The position numbers and the translations under genes were made by a program. A DNA stretch of 62,471 nucleotides, filler included. It is 3 parts of 3 records of this genome, joined end to end, with 100 filler letters (N's around TTAATTAATTAA, not from the genome) between each part and the next. Parts side by side here need not be neighbours in the genome. Positions count along the whole stretch, not along the records: positions 1 to 28,079 come from SRR31156797_6411; 2 more parts are not named here. One strand, written 5' to 3'. The notes below the pieces were generated by a model, which worked only from the letters and a program-made list of their open reading frames with translations, was not told the origin of the DNA and did no database searches. This document shows, piece after piece, positions 11,295 to 22,513 of the stretch. Position 1 is the first letter of the stretch. Each line of letters begins with the position of its first letter.

Positions 11295-11394
11295 TGTCTT
11301 TATCCATCATTTCTGAGTGCTCTAACCAAAGAGCATTGATGATGCCGAATGCACAAGCGAGTAATACGCCTAAAATCCATGCAAAGTACCACAT
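11287..11394 (-). CDS. cydX: Cytochrome bd-I small subunit CydX (35 aa, absent from ORF track)
   Basis: Hand translation MWYFAWILGVLLACAFGIINALWLEHSEMMDKDSE*; AGGAG RBS. Confidence 0.97.
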   Translation of the reverse strand: MWYFAWILGVLLACAFGIINALWLEHSEMMDKDSE

Positions 11395-11406
11395 AATAAT
11401 TGCTCC

Positions 11407-12543
11407 TTAGTAAAGTGAGTTTTTGTTTTCTTCAATAAACTTGTTATCAAGACGACCAAACATCTTGTAGTAAGTCCATGTTGTGTAACCAAGGATGATA
11501 GGAACCATCACAAATGCTACACCTGTCATCAGATTCAACGTAAGTTCACTTGATGTTGAATCCCACATGGTTAAGCTGCTATTGAAGTCTAGGCTTGAAG
11601 GCATAACAAATGGGAACATCGCTAAGCCAGCCGTAAAGATAACGCCGGCATTCGCTAAGCTTGAAGCTAAGAATGCAAAACCACCTTTTTCAAAACGCGA
11701 AGCCAATACCGCTAACAGAGGCATTACCACACCAAGAGCAGGAGCCGCCCACATAAGAGGGTACTGCTCAAAGTTACGCATCCACGCACCCGCTTCACGG
11801 ATAACTTCTTTGTTCAGTGGGTTAGAGGCTGCGTTTCCATCGATTGAACCAACAACAACGTAACCATCAATACCTTGGATCCAGAAACCTGCAAGAACAA
11901 AAGTCACTACGGTTAACAGACCGGTTAGTTGGGCCACATTGCGAGCACGAGTGTGTACTGCATCTGTTGTCTTCATTTGTAGCCAGGTTGCGCCTTGAAG
12001 CAGAATCATAAATAAGCTAACAAGACCACAAAGCAACGCAAATGGGTTCAACAAACCAAAGAATGAACCATGGTAAGTTGGCATCAGGAACTCATTCAGT
12101 TGGAATGGAACACCTTGTAACAGGTTACCAAACGCGACACCGAAGATGATTGGCGGAACAAAACCACTGATAGAGATACAGATGTCCCAGTTTTTACGCC
12201 ATTTAGGATCTTCGATTTTTGAACGGTAATCCAGACCAAGCGGACGCAACCACAACGCGGCTAGCGTGACAATCATCGCCAGATAAAATCCGGAGAAGGA
12301 GGTCGCGTAAACCAAAGGCCAAGCAGCAAATAGTGCACCACCCGCAGTAATTAACCAAACTTGGTTACCATCCCAGTGCGGAGCAATCGAGTTAATCATT
12401 ACACGACGCTCGTTATCATCTTTACCGATAACAGGAACAACAGCACAAACGCCTAAATCAAAGCCATCTGTGATTGCGAAGCCAACTAGTAGTACGCCAA
12501 TAAGCACCCACCAGATAAGTCGCAAGATTTCGTAATCAAACAT
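11407..12543 (-). CDS. cydB: Cytochrome bd ubiquinol oxidase subunit II
   Basis: TDGFDLG, APHWDGNQVWLI. Confidence 0.97.
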   Translation of the reverse strand: MFDYEILRLIWWVLIGVLLVGFAITDGFDLGVCAVVPVIGKDDNERRVMINSIAPHWDGNQVWLITAGGALFAAWPLVYATSFSGFYLAMIVTLAALWLRPLGLDYRSKIEDPKWRKNWDICISISGFVPPIIFGVAFGNLLQGVPFQLNEFLMPTYHGSFFGLLNPFALLCGLVSLFMILLQGATWLQMKTTDAVHTRARNVAQLTGLLTVVTFVLAGFWIQGIDGYVVVGSIDGNAASNPLNKEVIREAGAWMRNFEQYPLMWAAPALGVVMPLLAVLASRFEKGGFAFLASSLANAGVIFTAGLAMFPFVMPSSLDFNSSLTMWDSTSSELTLNLMTGVAFVMVPIILGYTTWTYYKMFGRLDNKFIEENKNSLY

Positions 12544-12558
12544 ATCTTCTCTCCTTGC

Positions 12559-14145
12559 TTATGCTTCTACTTGGCGACTAACTTTGTCTTCTACAGAGTT
12601 AGCGTCTTGCTCAAAGTGGTAGCGACCAGTTTTCAGGCTGCTTGGGCCTTTACGAGCAAACTTAATCATTAGATACATTTCAGCAATCAGGAACGCTGTG
12701 TATAGAGCAAGAATGGCAAACAATGAAGTCCAGATCTCACCCGCGGTTAGTGCTGATGCCGCTACGTGCGTTGGTAGAATTTCACCCACCGCCCACGGCT
12801 GACGACCGTATTCAGCCACGAACCAACCTGCTTCAATCGCAATCCAAGGAAGTGGAATACTAAACAGTGCCGCTTTAAGTACCCATTTCTTCTGTTCGAT
12901 TTTTTGACGACATGTTTGGATAAACGCCATTGCGAATACACCTAGCATGATAAAGCCAACCGCAACCATGATACGGAATGACCAGAATAGTGGCCATACT
13001 GTTGGAATAGAATCATCAGCCGCAGCTTGGATCTGTTCTTCCGTTGCGTCTGTTACTTGCTCGGTATAGCGCTTAAGCAATAGACCGTAGCCAAGATCGC
13101 CTTTCACTTCATCAAAAGCCGTCATGTTTGCTTCTGACTTATCGCCGGCACGAAGCTTCTCAAGAAGTTCGTAAGCGTACATACCGTTGCGGATACGATC
13201 GACGTGCTCGTCACGTAAATCACGTAAGCCTGTTACTTCTGTATCAAGTGAACGTGTCGCAATAATACCCATTACGTAAGGGATCTTAATCGCGTAGTCA
13301 GTATGCATGGTATCTTGATTTGGAAGGCCAAATAATGTGAAGGCCGCCGGTGCAGGTTCTGTATGCCATTCTGCTTCAATTGCAGCCAGCTTCACTTTTT
13401 GTACTTCACCTACTTCGTAACCAGATTCGTCACCCAATACGATTACCGAAAGAATCGCAGCCATACCGAAAGAGGCAGCAACCGCGAATGAACGACGTGC
13501 AAATGCAACATCACGGCCTTTCAATAGGTAGTAAGATGAAATACCAAGAATGAACATTGCACCGGTTGTATAACCAGACGCCACTGTATGAACAAACTTC
13601 ACCTGTGCTACTGGGTTAAATACCACTTCAGCAAAGCTCACCATTTCCATACGCATGGTTTCGAAGTTGAACTCAGCGCCGACCGGGTTTTGCATCCAGC
13701 CGTTAGCAATAAGAATCCAAAGTGCAGAGAAGTTAGAACCGATTGCAACTAACCACGTAACCACTAAGTGTTGACGTTTACTCAGTCTGTCCCAACCAAA
13801 GAAAAATAAGCCTACAAAAGTGGATTCTAAGAAGAAGGCAACCAAGGCTTCAATTGCGAGAGGAGCACCAAAGATATCCCCAACGTAATGAGAATAATAA
13901 GACCAGTTAGTACCGAACTGGAACTCCATGGTGAGGCCAGTAGCAACACCTAGTGCAAAGTTAATACCGAAAAGCTTACCCCAGAACTTAGTCATGTCCT
14001 TGTAGATCTGCTTGTCAGTCATTACGTATAAAGACTCCATAATGGCTAGCAAGAACGCCATGCCAAGAGTCAATGGAACGAACAAGAAGTGATACATCGC
14101 TGTCAGCGCGAACTGCAACCGCGACAGATCAACTACGTCAATCAT
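12559..14145 (-). CDS. cydA: Cytochrome bd ubiquinol oxidase subunit I (long Q-loop)
   Basis: [22 protein letters not shown]; start MIDVVDLSR behind an AAGGAG RBS. Confidence 0.97.
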   Translation of the reverse strand: MIDVVDLSRLQFALTAMYHFLFVPLTLGMAFLLAIMESLYVMTDKQIYKDMTKFWGKLFGINFALGVATGLTMEFQFGTNWSYYSHYVGDIFGAPLAIEALVAFFLESTFVGLFFFGWDRLSKRQHLVVTWLVAIGSNFSALWILIANGWMQNPVGAEFNFETMRMEMVSFAEVVFNPVAQVKFVHTVASGYTTGAMFILGISSYYLLKGRDVAFARRSFAVAASFGMAAILSVIVLGDESGYEVGEVQKVKLAAIEAEWHTEPAPAAFTLFGLPNQDTMHTDYAIKIPYVMGIIATRSLDTEVTGLRDLRDEHVDRIRNGMYAYELLEKLRAGDKSEANMTAFDEVKGDLGYGLLLKRYTEQVTDATEEQIQAAADDSIPTVWPLFWSFRIMVAVGFIMLGVFAMAFIQTCRQKIEQKKWVLKAALFSIPLPWIAIEAGWFVAEYGRQPWAVGEILPTHVAASALTAGEIWTSLFAILALYTAFLIAEMYLMIKFARKGPSSLKTGRYHFEQDANSVEDKVSRQVEA

Positions 14146-14270
14146 AGTAACTCCTTTGTGTCGGCTGAATGACACCTTTTTGACAAACCACAACTCCCTA
14201 AACACCTGTTAAACACAACATGTATATGTTGCGAGTTAACGTTAAGTTGTTGCAATTATGTGCTTTTGTG

Positions 14271-14286
14271 GTTAGTTAATTGTTAA
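14271..14286. promoter_or_regulatory. ArcA-like GTTA direct-repeat site in the cydA upstream region
   Basis: GTTAGTTAATTGTTAA (GTTA repeats 11 bp apart); further GTTA/TGTT repeats at 14207-14250. Confidence 0.55.
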
Positions 14287-14311
14287 GTATCAGCTAATAT
14301 AGCTTGAGCTA

Positions 14312-14340
14312 ATACTACTGAGAAAAAACCTACGTTTCAA
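14312..14340 (-). promoter_or_regulatory. Candidate sigma70 promoter of cydABX
   Basis: TTGAAA-17 bp-TAGTAT. Confidence 0.55.
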
Positions 14341-14363
14341 AAGATTTATCAGACAAGCTTGTA

Positions 14364-14377
14364 TTGATTTAAATCAA
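14364..14377. promoter_or_regulatory. FNR box upstream of cydA
   Basis: Perfect TTGAT-TTAA-ATCAA. Confidence 0.85.
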
Positions 14378-14551
14378 ATAATTCGCTCGAATTTTAATCA
14401 ATAGAACAATAAAATGCTCCAGATCAATAAAATTAGAGCTTTATTGTTAGGGCTAGGTAAATTTTCTTGGAAGGGGTGATTTTCTAATCACAAAGGGTTA
14501 ACAATATTGCAAACTTTGATAACCCTTGATGTTTTTTTTAGATCTCAAAAG

Positions 14552-14567
14552 TGTGATCAATATCACG
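14552..14567. promoter_or_regulatory. CRP-like site in the ruvB-cydA intergenic region
   Basis: TGTGA-TCAATA-TCACG, 9/10 match to TGTGA-N6-TCACA. Confidence 0.65.
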
Positions 14568-14607
14568 CTTAGTTGGTACATAAAAGAATCAAAAGTGAAA
14601 TGTAAAT

Positions 14608-15612
14608 TTATTTATCCAAACCAAAATGCAAGTATGCGTGATCAGTGGCTATACGGCCACGTGGTGTTCTTTGTAAATAACCCTGTTGAATTAAATACGG
14701 TTCGATAACATCTTCAATGGTATCTTTTTCTTCGCCAATAGCAGCCGCTAGGTTATCGAGTCCGACAGGGCCACCGCCAAACTTCTCCATAATCGCCAGC
14801 AATAGCTTTCTATCCATGTAGTCGAAACCTTGATTATCGACATCCAGCATGTTTAAAGCTTTGTCTGCGGTTTCATCACAGATATGACCATTGCCTTTAA
14901 CTTCAGCGTAGTCTCTAACACGACGTAATAAACGGTTGGCAATACGAGGAGTGCCTCGAGCTCGCCTTGCAATTTCCAATGCTCCTTCACCGTCCATCGA
15001 TAAACCAAGGCAATCCGCACTTCTTTGCACAATATGCTGTAAGTCAGCAATTTTATAATATTCAAGCCGTTGTACGATACCAAAGCGATCACGCAGCGGT
15101 GAAGTTAACGACCCAGCTCTTGTCGTCGCACCAATTAAAGTAAAAGGCGGCAAATCGATTTTGATAGAACGAGCAGCAGGACCCTCACCTATCATGATAT
15201 CGAGCTGATAGTCTTCCATCGCTGGATACAACACCTCTTCAACCATTGGGCTTAAGCGATGAATTTCATCAATAAAAAGTACATCATTTTCTTCGAGGTT
15301 AGTTAAAAGCGCGGCCAAGTCTCCGGCCTTCTCTAACACGGGACCAGAGGTCGTACGGATGTTGACTTCCATTTCATTGGCGACAATGTTGGCTAACGTG
15401 GTTTTACCTAACCCTGGCGGGCCAAAAATTAATAGATGATCTAACGCTTCGCTGCGACGCTGTGCTGCCTGAATAAAAATATCCATTTGATCACGAACGT
15501 GGTCTTGCCCTTGATAATCGGCCAGTTTTTTTGGTCGAATCGCGCGATCAATCACCTCTTCCTCTTGGAAGGTGGGATTCATAGGCGCGATAAGGCGGTC
15601 AGCTTCAATCAT
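14608..15612 (-). CDS. ruvB: Holliday junction helicase RuvB
   Basis: [35 protein letters not shown]. Confidence 0.98.
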   Translation of the reverse strand: MIEADRLIAPMNPTFQEEEVIDRAIRPKKLADYQGQDHVRDQMDIFIQAAQRRSEALDHLLIFGPPGLGKTTLANIVANEMEVNIRTTSGPVLEKAGDLAALLTNLEENDVLFIDEIHRLSPMVEEVLYPAMEDYQLDIMIGEGPAARSIKIDLPPFTLIGATTRAGSLTSPLRDRFGIVQRLEYYKIADLQHIVQRSADCLGLSMDGEGALEIARRARGTPRIANRLLRRVRDYAEVKGNGHICDETADKALNMLDVDNQGFDYMDRKLLLAIMEKFGGGPVGLDNLAAAIGEEKDTIEDVIEPYLIQQGYLQRTPRGRIATDHAYLHFGLDK

Positions 15613-15704
15613 GTTTTGTTTTTCCTGAGATCGACTCTTAACTATTAAAGTTAAAAGCAGAACTTGTCATTCTCTATTGTTTACGAAATTAAGTGACAGC
15701 TCTA

Positions 15705-16322
15705 TCAAACCATAGATTTTAGTGCTTCACGAATCAGTTGCTCACTGGTCATCCCTGGCTTAGCAACCTGCGATATCACTTTTGAGGCTTGAGCTGACTT
15801 GTACCCTAATGAAAGCAATGCACTTACCGCTTCATCTTCCGCACCGGCTTCATTAGCAGAAGGCATAGAATCAATCGGAGCCGCATCTGTTGCTGGAGTA
15901 AATAAATCTCCCGCTCCCCAGCCTTTCAAGCGATCTTTCATTTCCACGACAAGTCGCTCGGCCGTTTTCTTACCTACGCCAGGCAACTTAACCAATGTTG
16001 AAATGTCTTCTCTTTCCACACAAGAAACAAATTGAGACGCCGTCATACCTGAAAGAATACCGAGGCCCATCTTCGGCCCAACACCATTAGCCTTAATGAC
16101 TTCACGGAACAGAGCGCGCTCGTTGACTGTATTAAAGCCATACAGCAGCTGAGCATCTTCTCTTACGACAAAGTGGGTGTAAATAATGGCTTCTTCACCG
16201 ATATTAGGAAGTTCGTAAAAGCAGCTCATTGGCATTTGTACTTCATAACCAATCCCGCCAACTTCGATAAGTAGTTCAGGTGGTTGTTTTTCTAAGAGAG
16301 TGCCACGAAGACGTCCAATCAC
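15705..16322 (-). CDS. ruvA: Holliday junction branch migration protein RuvA
   Basis: [31 protein letters not shown]. Confidence 0.98.
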   Translation of the reverse strand: MIGRLRGTLLEKQPPELLIEVGGIGYEVQMPMSCFYELPNIGEEAIIYTHFVVREDAQLLYGFNTVNERALFREVIKANGVGPKMGLGILSGMTASQFVSCVEREDISTLVKLPGVGKKTAERLVVEMKDRLKGWGAGDLFTPATDAAPIDSMPSANEAGAEDEAVSALLSLGYKSAQASKVISQVAKPGMTSEQLIREALKSMV

Positions 16323-16374
16323 TAGATATTCCTTTGTTTGGGAAATTTACAATGAAAAAGATGATAATAAATAA

Positions 16375-16390
16375 CTGGATATATAGCCAG
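16375..16390. promoter_or_regulatory. LexA SOS box upstream of ruvA
   Basis: (A)CTGGATATATAGCCAG(T) = CTG-N10-CAG; ruvAB is a known SOS operon. Confidence 0.85.
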
Positions 16391-16405
16391 TAAAAGATAA
16401 TCAGC

Positions 16406-16927
16406 CTAGCGATATCGGCCTTTTCTTGCACTGGTTGCTTTTCCCGCAAGCGCGACCAAGGTTTTATTGGTGTTCGCATGACAGATAGCCACACCAAGCG
16501 CATCCGCAGCATCGGCTTGAGGTTTAGCAGGCAGTTTTAACATCTGCTGCACCATATGCTGCACCTGTGCTTTATCTGCACCACCGGTTCCAACAACGGC
16601 CTGCTTTATAAGACGAGCTGCGTATTCGTACACGGGTAAATCAGCGTTAACGGCAGCAACAATTGCGCTGCCCCTAGCCTGACCAAGCTTAAGTGCTGAG
16701 TCAGCATTTTTCGCCATAAAGACCTGCTCAATAGCGAAGACTTCGGGTTGGAACTGGGTAATGATTTCACTCACTCCCGCATAAATCTGTTTTAAGCGTG
16801 AGGGCAAATCTTTTTCAGAAGTGCGAATACACCCACTACCGAGGTAATGAAGGTGTCTTCCATGCTGTTTGATCACACCATAACCCGTAATTCTCGAGCC
16901 AGGATCGATCCCTAATATTATCGACAT
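16406..16927 (-). CDS. ruvC: Holliday junction resolvase RuvC
   Basis: [31 protein letters not shown]. Confidence 0.97.
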   Translation of the reverse strand: MSIILGIDPGSRITGYGVIKQHGRHLHYLGSGCIRTSEKDLPSRLKQIYAGVSEIITQFQPEVFAIEQVFMAKNADSALKLGQARGSAIVAAVNADLPVYEYAARLIKQAVVGTGGADKAQVQHMVQQMLKLPAKPQADAADALGVAICHANTNKTLVALAGKATSARKGRYR

Positions 16928-16972
16928 TGAGTGCCATCTTGTTGCTTGATTCAGGCCAGCTGACCATAGATA

Positions 16973-16998
16973 CAAAAAGAAAGTGGGCTTACGCCCAC
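16973..16998 (-). terminator. Terminator-like hairpin after cysS
   Basis: GTGGGC-TTAC-GCCCAC with a minus-strand TTTCTTTTT tail. Confidence 0.6.
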
Positions 16999-17012
16999 AG
17001 TCTTTACTGATA

Positions 17013-18395
17013 TTACTTACGACGCCAAGTTGTACCGCTTGGACCGTCTTCTAGAACAATGCCCATTTCATTCAACTTGTCGCGGGCCATATCCGCATTC
17101 GCCCAGTCTTTTGCCGCTCGAGAATCATTACGCAGCTTAATCAATGCTTCGATTTCAGCCACTTCATCATCGTCGCCTTCGCCACCTTTTAAGAAGGTTT
17201 CTGGGTCTTGGTACAAAATACCAATCACATCCGCTAACTCACGCATCAATGCACCCAGCGAACTGGCCTGTTCGATACTTTCCGTTTTCAAACGGTTAAC
17301 TTCGCGAGCCATATCAAACAATACTGAATACGCTTCCGGTGTATTGAAATCATCATTCATTGCCGCAGTAAAACGGCTCACGTATTCTTCGCCACCGGCT
17401 GGTTTTGCTGTCATATCTAGACCACGAAGAGAGGTATATAGACGCTCGAGTGAAGCACGAGCTTGGTTCAGGTTCTCTTCACTGTAGTTAAGTTGACTGC
17501 GGTAGTGACCTGACATTAAGAAATAACGCACGGTTTCCTGATCGTAATGGTTAAGTACGTCACGGATTGTGAAGAAGTTACCAAGCGATTTAGACATTTT
17601 CTCTTTGTCTACCATCACCATGCCACTGTGCATCCAAGTGTTCACGTACTGAGTACCGTGCGCGCAGCAGGATTGAGCAATTTCATTCTCATGGTGTGGG
17701 AATTGCAGATCCGAACCACCACCATGAATATCAAAGTGATTACCCAAAATAGCCGAATTCATCGCAGAACACTCAATGTGCCAACCTGGACGACCTGCAC
17801 CCCATGGAGATTCCCATGTTGGCTCACCCGGTTTCGACATTTTCCACAATACAAAATCCAGTGGACTACGCTTTGCTGATTCTATATCAACGCGAGCACC
17901 CGCTTGAAGTTGATCCAAGTCTTGGCGAGATAGCTTACCGTACTCATCGTACTTGCTCACTTCGAACATCACGTCGCCGTTGTCAGCAACATAAGCAAAA
18001 CCGCGCTCAATTAGGCGTTCTACAAGCTCAATAATTTCTTGAATATAAGCGGTAGCACGAGGCTCAACATCAGGGCGCTTAATATTTAAAGCGTCAAAGT
18101 CGGTGTACATTTCCTGAATCAAACGTTCAGTTAACGTATCGCAAGACTCTTCATTTTCCGCCGCTCGTTTAATGATTTTGTCGTCAATATCGGTGATGTT
18201 ACGTACGAAGGTTAAATCGTAGCCTAAATAACGTAAGTAACGAGAAACGACATCAAAAGAAACGAATGTACGGCCATGTCCGATATGACAAAGATCATAT
18301 ATGGTCACTCCACAGACATACATGCCGACTTTACCAGCAGTAATGGGTTTAAATTCCTCTTTCTGTTTCGTTAGTGAGTTATATATTTTCAGCAT
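17013..18395 (-). CDS. cysS: Cysteine--tRNA ligase
   Basis: HIGH and KMSKS motifs, [12 protein letters not shown]. Confidence 0.98.
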   Translation of the reverse strand: MLKIYNSLTKQKEEFKPITAGKVGMYVCGVTIYDLCHIGHGRTFVSFDVVSRYLRYLGYDLTFVRNITDIDDKIIKRAAENEESCDTLTERLIQEMYTDFDALNIKRPDVEPRATAYIQEIIELVERLIERGFAYVADNGDVMFEVSKYDEYGKLSRQDLDQLQAGARVDIESAKRSPLDFVLWKMSKPGEPTWESPWGAGRPGWHIECSAMNSAILGNHFDIHGGGSDLQFPHHENEIAQSCCAHGTQYVNTWMHSGMVMVDKEKMSKSLGNFFTIRDVLNHYDQETVRYFLMSGHYRSQLNYSEENLNQARASLERLYTSLRGLDMTAKPAGGEEYVSRFTAAMNDDFNTPEAYSVLFDMAREVNRLKTESIEQASSLGALMRELADVIGILYQDPETFLKGGEGDDDEVAEIEALIKLRNDSRAAKDWANADMARDKLNEMGIVLEDGPSGTTWRRK

Positions 18396-18598
18396 GATCT
18401 CTATCTAATTACCGTTAAAACCAAAATAGTTGTGCAGTATAACAAGTCTGTTAACGCTAGGTCATCCATTTGATGTTTTGAATGAGTAAAAAGTTAAGCT
18501 AAGATTAGGGTCTATTGAACTGTTGAGGTTAAATTCTATTCAAAATAGAGAATTCAGCAGTTCTAGATACTCATATATAACAAACAAAGGTAATGCAC

Positions 18599-19093
18599 AT
18601 GATCACCCTTCACACAAACTTTGGTGACATTAAAGTTCAGCTAAACGAAGAGAAAGCTCCTGAAACTAGCGCAAACTTTTTACAATACTGCCGTGATGGT
18701 TTTTACGATAACACTCTATTCCACCGTGTTATTGACGGTTTCATGGTTCAAGGTGGCGGCATGACTTCTGGCCTGCGTGAAAAAGAAACGCGTGCGCCTA
18801 TCCGTAACGAAGCAAACAACGGTTTAAGCAACAAAGTGGGCACGCTTGCAATGGCTCGTACTATGGAGCCGCATTCTGCTAGCTCTCAGTTCTTTATTAA
18901 CGTAAACAACAACACTTTCCTAGATTTCCGTTCAGAAAGCCTAGATGGTTGGGGCTACTGTGTATTCGCAGAAGTTGTTGAAGGTATGGATGTAGTAAAC
19001 AAAATTAAAGATGTAAGCACTGGCTCATACGGTATGCACCAAGACGTACCTCTAGAGGACGTGGTCATTACTGGCACGACGATCGAAGAATAA
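18599..19093 (+). CDS. ppiB: Peptidyl-prolyl cis-trans isomerase B (cyclophilin)
   Basis: [30 protein letters not shown]; alternative start 18593. Confidence 0.97.
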   Translation: MITLHTNFGDIKVQLNEEKAPETSANFLQYCRDGFYDNTLFHRVIDGFMVQGGGMTSGLREKETRAPIRNEANNGLSNKVGTLAMARTMEPHSASSQFFINVNNNTFLDFRSESLDGWGYCVFAEVVEGMDVVNKIKDVSTGSYGMHQDVPLEDVVITGTTIEE

Positions 19094-19117
19094 TCGAACC
19101 GTTTACCAATTATAAAA

Positions 19118-19143
19118 ATGGAGCGCGAATGCGCTCCAATATT
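19118..19143 (+). terminator. Hairpin between ppiB and lpxH
   Basis: TGGAGCGC-GAAT-GCGCTCCA followed by a weak T-tail. Confidence 0.55.
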
Positions 19144-19174
19144 TCACTCACCTTGGTCCAATGACCTTATATCT

Positions 19175-19897
19175 ATGCATACACTATTTATCTCAGATCT
19201 CCACCTTACCCCGAAACGTCCAGATATCACTCAATGCTTTACTTCTTTCATGCGGAATGAAGCCATTCACGCAGACGCTCTCTATGTATTAGGTGATCTT
19301 TTCGACTTTTGGATTGGCGACGATGACCCAACAGAATTTGCTCGCCAAATCAAAAATGAATTTAAAACTCTGGTTAATCAGGGTGTACCCGTCTACTTTT
19401 GCCACGGAAATCGAGACTTTCTGGTTGGGAAGCGTTTTGCTAAACAAACCGGAGCCACCCTGCTCGATGAAGAACAGGTCATTGACCTGTATGGCGACAA
19501 AGTCGTTGTTCTTCACGGTGACACTTTATGCACAGAAGATGTCCGCTATCTCGCTTTTCGAGAAAAAGTACATCAACCCTGGTTGCAGTGGGTATTTAAC
19601 CGCCTACCCTTTTTTATAAAGAAACGAATTGTTAAAAAAATTCAATCGGACACAAGTAGCGACAAAAGTAACAAATCAATGTCAATTATGGATGTCACGC
19701 CGAGTGAGGTTGAAGCAGTAATGAGTAAACATGATGTAAGTATTATGATTCACGGCCATACTCATCGACCAAACATTCACCACTTCGATTCCAACGGCAA
19801 CAAAGTACGTATTGTACTTGGGGATTGGTATACCCAAGGCTCTGTGCTGGTATACACGCCTGAAGGCTACGAATTGCAAGATCGTGCATTTTTATAG
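19175..19897 (+). CDS. lpxH: UDP-2,3-diacylglucosamine diphosphatase
   Basis: ISDLHL, GDLFD, GNRD, LHGD, HGHTHRP, LGDW. Confidence 0.96.
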   Translation: MHTLFISDLHLTPKRPDITQCFTSFMRNEAIHADALYVLGDLFDFWIGDDDPTEFARQIKNEFKTLVNQGVPVYFCHGNRDFLVGKRFAKQTGATLLDEEQVIDLYGDKVVVLHGDTLCTEDVRYLAFREKVHQPWLQWVFNRLPFFIKKRIVKKIQSDTSSDKSNKSMSIMDVTPSEVEAVMSKHDVSIMIHGHTHRPNIHHFDSNGNKVRIVLGDWYTQGSVLVYTPEGYELQDRAFL

Positions 19898-20002
19898 CAC
19901 TGGAATGTGCTAACGGTCGCAAAAGGATTTGATAGTGCACACATAATTCTTCTGCACTATTGATATAATCAGCACTTTCTAACACGAGATTGGGATTAAA
20001 AC

Positions 20003-21220
20003 TTGAAGTACTCATATATCGCAAGGCAGCCTATCCTTGATAGCAATAGAAAAACATTCGGTTATGAGCTGTTGTTTAGAGATGGTCCTAAAAACACTTT
20101 CCCAGAAATCGATCCAGATAAGGCAACAAGCCGTTTGCTTTCGGATCACTTTCTATCAACACACTATCAGACTCTGGGTAAGCACGTAGGCTTTGTGAAC
20201 TTCCCCTATCAGAGCCTGGTCAATCTCGTACCAACCTTGCTGCCTGCGGACAGTTTAGTGGTGGAAGTGTTGGAAGATTGTAAACCCACACCTGAACTCC
20301 TTTACGCCATCAGAGAAATGTTCAAGCAGGGGTATGAAATTGCACTTGACGATTTTGTGCCCAGTAAAGAGTGGCAACCTTTTCTGCCTTATATCTCGAT
20401 TATAAAATTTGATATCCGAGTGGTGCCGATCCCGAAAGCTAAGCTTTTTATGGACAGGTTGAAAAGCAGCAAAATAAAGTTTTTGGCCGAAAAAGTGGAA
20501 ACCTATGAAGAGTTTGAGCTAGCGAAACAAGCAGGGTTTGACTACTTTCAGGGCTACTTTTTTAGCAAGCCAGAGATCATTCGCCACAAAGCACTGGAGC
20601 CTTCATTTCTAACCGTGGTACAACTTTGTAAAGAGATAGCCAAGGACGGAATTGATTATGTCGAGCTAGAAGCTCTGATTTCAAAAGATCTGTCGCTTTC
20701 CTATAAGCTTCTTACCTATGTGAACTCATCATCAATAGTGAGTTCGAAAATAAATTCTTTCAAGCAGGCTCTGGTTTACCTTGGAGAGCAACGCATTAAG
20801 CAATTTGTATCGTTAGTCGCCATCGCGTCTTCTACTGACGAATCCAAACCAGACTATCTGTATGGCCTATCTTTGCAAAGAGCTCGCTTTTGTGAGTTGG
20901 CTTGGGTTAAAGCACAAAGACAAGGTGACTCAAGTTTAGCCTTCCTTACCGGTATGTTCTCGTTATTAGATAGTCTGTTAGATCAGAAGCTAGAGGCCAT
21001 TGTCGATGAAATGCCGATTGAAGAAGAAATTAAAGCGGCCTTGCTTAAAGGTGAGGGCTTTTTAGGTGACATACTCGCCATTTCAAAAGCTTATGAACAG
21101 GCAGATTGGGAGACAGTGACTGGCGTAGGTAAGCAACTTCAGCTAAGCGACACGGTATTAAGTGAATGCTATGACGATGCCGTTAAATGGAGTGCAGACT
21201 TACTCAGCGTCGACATATAG
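20003..21220 (+). CDS. EAL-HDOD domain c-di-GMP phosphodiesterase (YuxH/PdeH-like)
   Basis: ARQPI, YELLFR, IALDDF, LAEKVET, FQGYFFSKP, then HDOD (LSYKLL.YVNS, FLTGMFSLLD). Confidence 0.9.
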   Translation: MKYSYIARQPILDSNRKTFGYELLFRDGPKNTFPEIDPDKATSRLLSDHFLSTHYQTLGKHVGFVNFPYQSLVNLVPTLLPADSLVVEVLEDCKPTPELLYAIREMFKQGYEIALDDFVPSKEWQPFLPYISIIKFDIRVVPIPKAKLFMDRLKSSKIKFLAEKVETYEEFELAKQAGFDYFQGYFFSKPEIIRHKALEPSFLTVVQLCKEIAKDGIDYVELEALISKDLSLSYKLLTYVNSSSIVSSKINSFKQALVYLGEQRIKQFVSLVAIASSTDESKPDYLYGLSLQRARFCELAWVKAQRQGDSSLAFLTGMFSLLDSLLDQKLEAIVDEMPIEEEIKAALLKGEGFLGDILAISKAYEQADWETVTGVGKQLQLSDTVLSECYDDAVKWSADLLSVDI

Positions 21221-21279
21221 ACAATCCCCCACGAGCCAAATACACTTAGCGCCTCTTTTTTGCTAAGTGTATTTACATT

Positions 21280-21738
21280 ATGACTGCCTGTTATTGCGGT
21301 AACGCTAAACCTTATTCCGATTGCTGCCAACTCATCCATAAAGACCATAGCCAAGCGAATACACCCGAACTGTTGATGCGTGCCCGCTACAGTGCCCATG
21401 TGGCTGGATTAGTCGATTTTGTTGTCGACACCTACCATCCATCATGCAATGCAGAACAAGAACGCGAAGCGATAACTGAATCCATTCAAAGTAATTGGCA
21501 AAAACTACAAGTCGTCAGCTGTCAAAATGGCAGCAATACTGACGAGGGGTTCGTGCATTTTAAAGCGTACTTTAAACAAGATGATAAAGAGTTTTGTCTT
21601 GAGGAGCGTTCACGTTTTATTCGTGAAAACGGACTTTGGTACTACATCGATGGTGTATTCCCACAACAACTAAAAGTAGGCCGTAACGACCCCTGCTCCT
21701 GTGGTAGTGGCAAGAAGTATAAGAAATGCTGTGGTTAA
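21280..21738 (+). CDS. ychJ: YchJ-family SEC-C motif protein
   Basis: [44 protein letters not shown]. Confidence 0.92.
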   Translation: MTACYCGNAKPYSDCCQLIHKDHSQANTPELLMRARYSAHVAGLVDFVVDTYHPSCNAEQEREAITESIQSNWQKLQVVSCQNGSNTDEGFVHFKAYFKQDDKEFCLEERSRFIRENGLWYYIDGVFPQQLKVGRNDPCSCGSGKKYKKCCG

Positions 21739-21751
21739 CTACTGACAAGAC

Positions 21752-21775
21752 AACGCCAGTCATCAGACTGGCGTT
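21752..21775. terminator. Bidirectional terminator between ychJ and the DUF2057 gene
   Basis: AACGCCAGTC-ATCA-GACTGGCGTT. Confidence 0.75.
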
Positions 21776-21782
21776 TATAAAT

Positions 21783-22406
21783 CTATTCTTGGTCGATAAT
21801 CCACTTGCGGAAGGCTTTGCGCTCTTCAGCGGAAGACTTTAGGTACCAGGCTTTAAGTTGAACTAAGTTTGAAGTCACTTGAGAGCTAGTCGTTTTAGAA
21901 CTCACACTTGCTGTATTAGTTGCAACAACTGCCTGTTCTTTCATAACAGCATTATCTTTGTCACTATAATACGCTGCAACTAGCTTATCCATGCCAGCAT
22001 ACGGGAAAAACATACCTTCATTCGGAGGTAAGACTTCCTGTTCATATGAGATTTCTTTTCCGTCTTGAATTATTTTCCACTGTGGTTCACCTGAACGAAA
22101 CGCACTTTCTGCTTCTTGATAACTACGAGCGAGCGGGTGAGCCAACTTAACTTCATCACCCGATACAGAAAGCTTCACCACATATGGAGCTGATGTATAT
22201 ACTTGAGAAGAACTGCCCCGACCAAAGTCTTTGTCTAGGCGGATAATGACTTCTGTCTCTCCTGACTCAAGGTGCTGATTATCTATCGACTTCTCAGTTG
22301 CTATTCCATTGATATACAGTATAGAAACTCCCTTTTCAGGAATCAACGTTGCGGAATTTACAGAAAATGCAACACCAGCAGACAACAGCAACAACCATTT
22401 TTTCAT
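21783..22406 (-). CDS. DUF2057 (YccT/UPF0319) family exported protein
   Basis: Signal peptide; C-terminal LVQLKAWYLKSSAEERKAFRKW motif. Confidence 0.8.
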   Translation of the reverse strand: MKKWLLLLSAGVAFSVNSATLIPEKGVSILYINGIATEKSIDNQHLESGETEVIIRLDKDFGRGSSSQVYTSAPYVVKLSVSGDEVKLAHPLARSYQEAESAFRSGEPQWKIIQDGKEISYEQEVLPPNEGMFFPYAGMDKLVAAYYSDKDNAVMKEQAVVATNTASVSSKTTSSQVTSNLVQLKAWYLKSSAEERKAFRKWIIDQE

Positions 22407-22463
22407 ATCTATTTCCTTCATAACTGCCTTATTAGTTCAAAGAAACTAATCATATGAATAACA

Positions 22464-22488
22464 TAAAGCCACCGCAAGGGTGGCTTTA
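22464..22488 (-). terminator. Terminator of the porin gene
   Basis: TAAAGCCACC-GCAAG-GGTGGCTTTA. Confidence 0.8.
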
Positions 22489-22513
22489 TAGCAATATCTA
22501 ACAGAACGAACTA

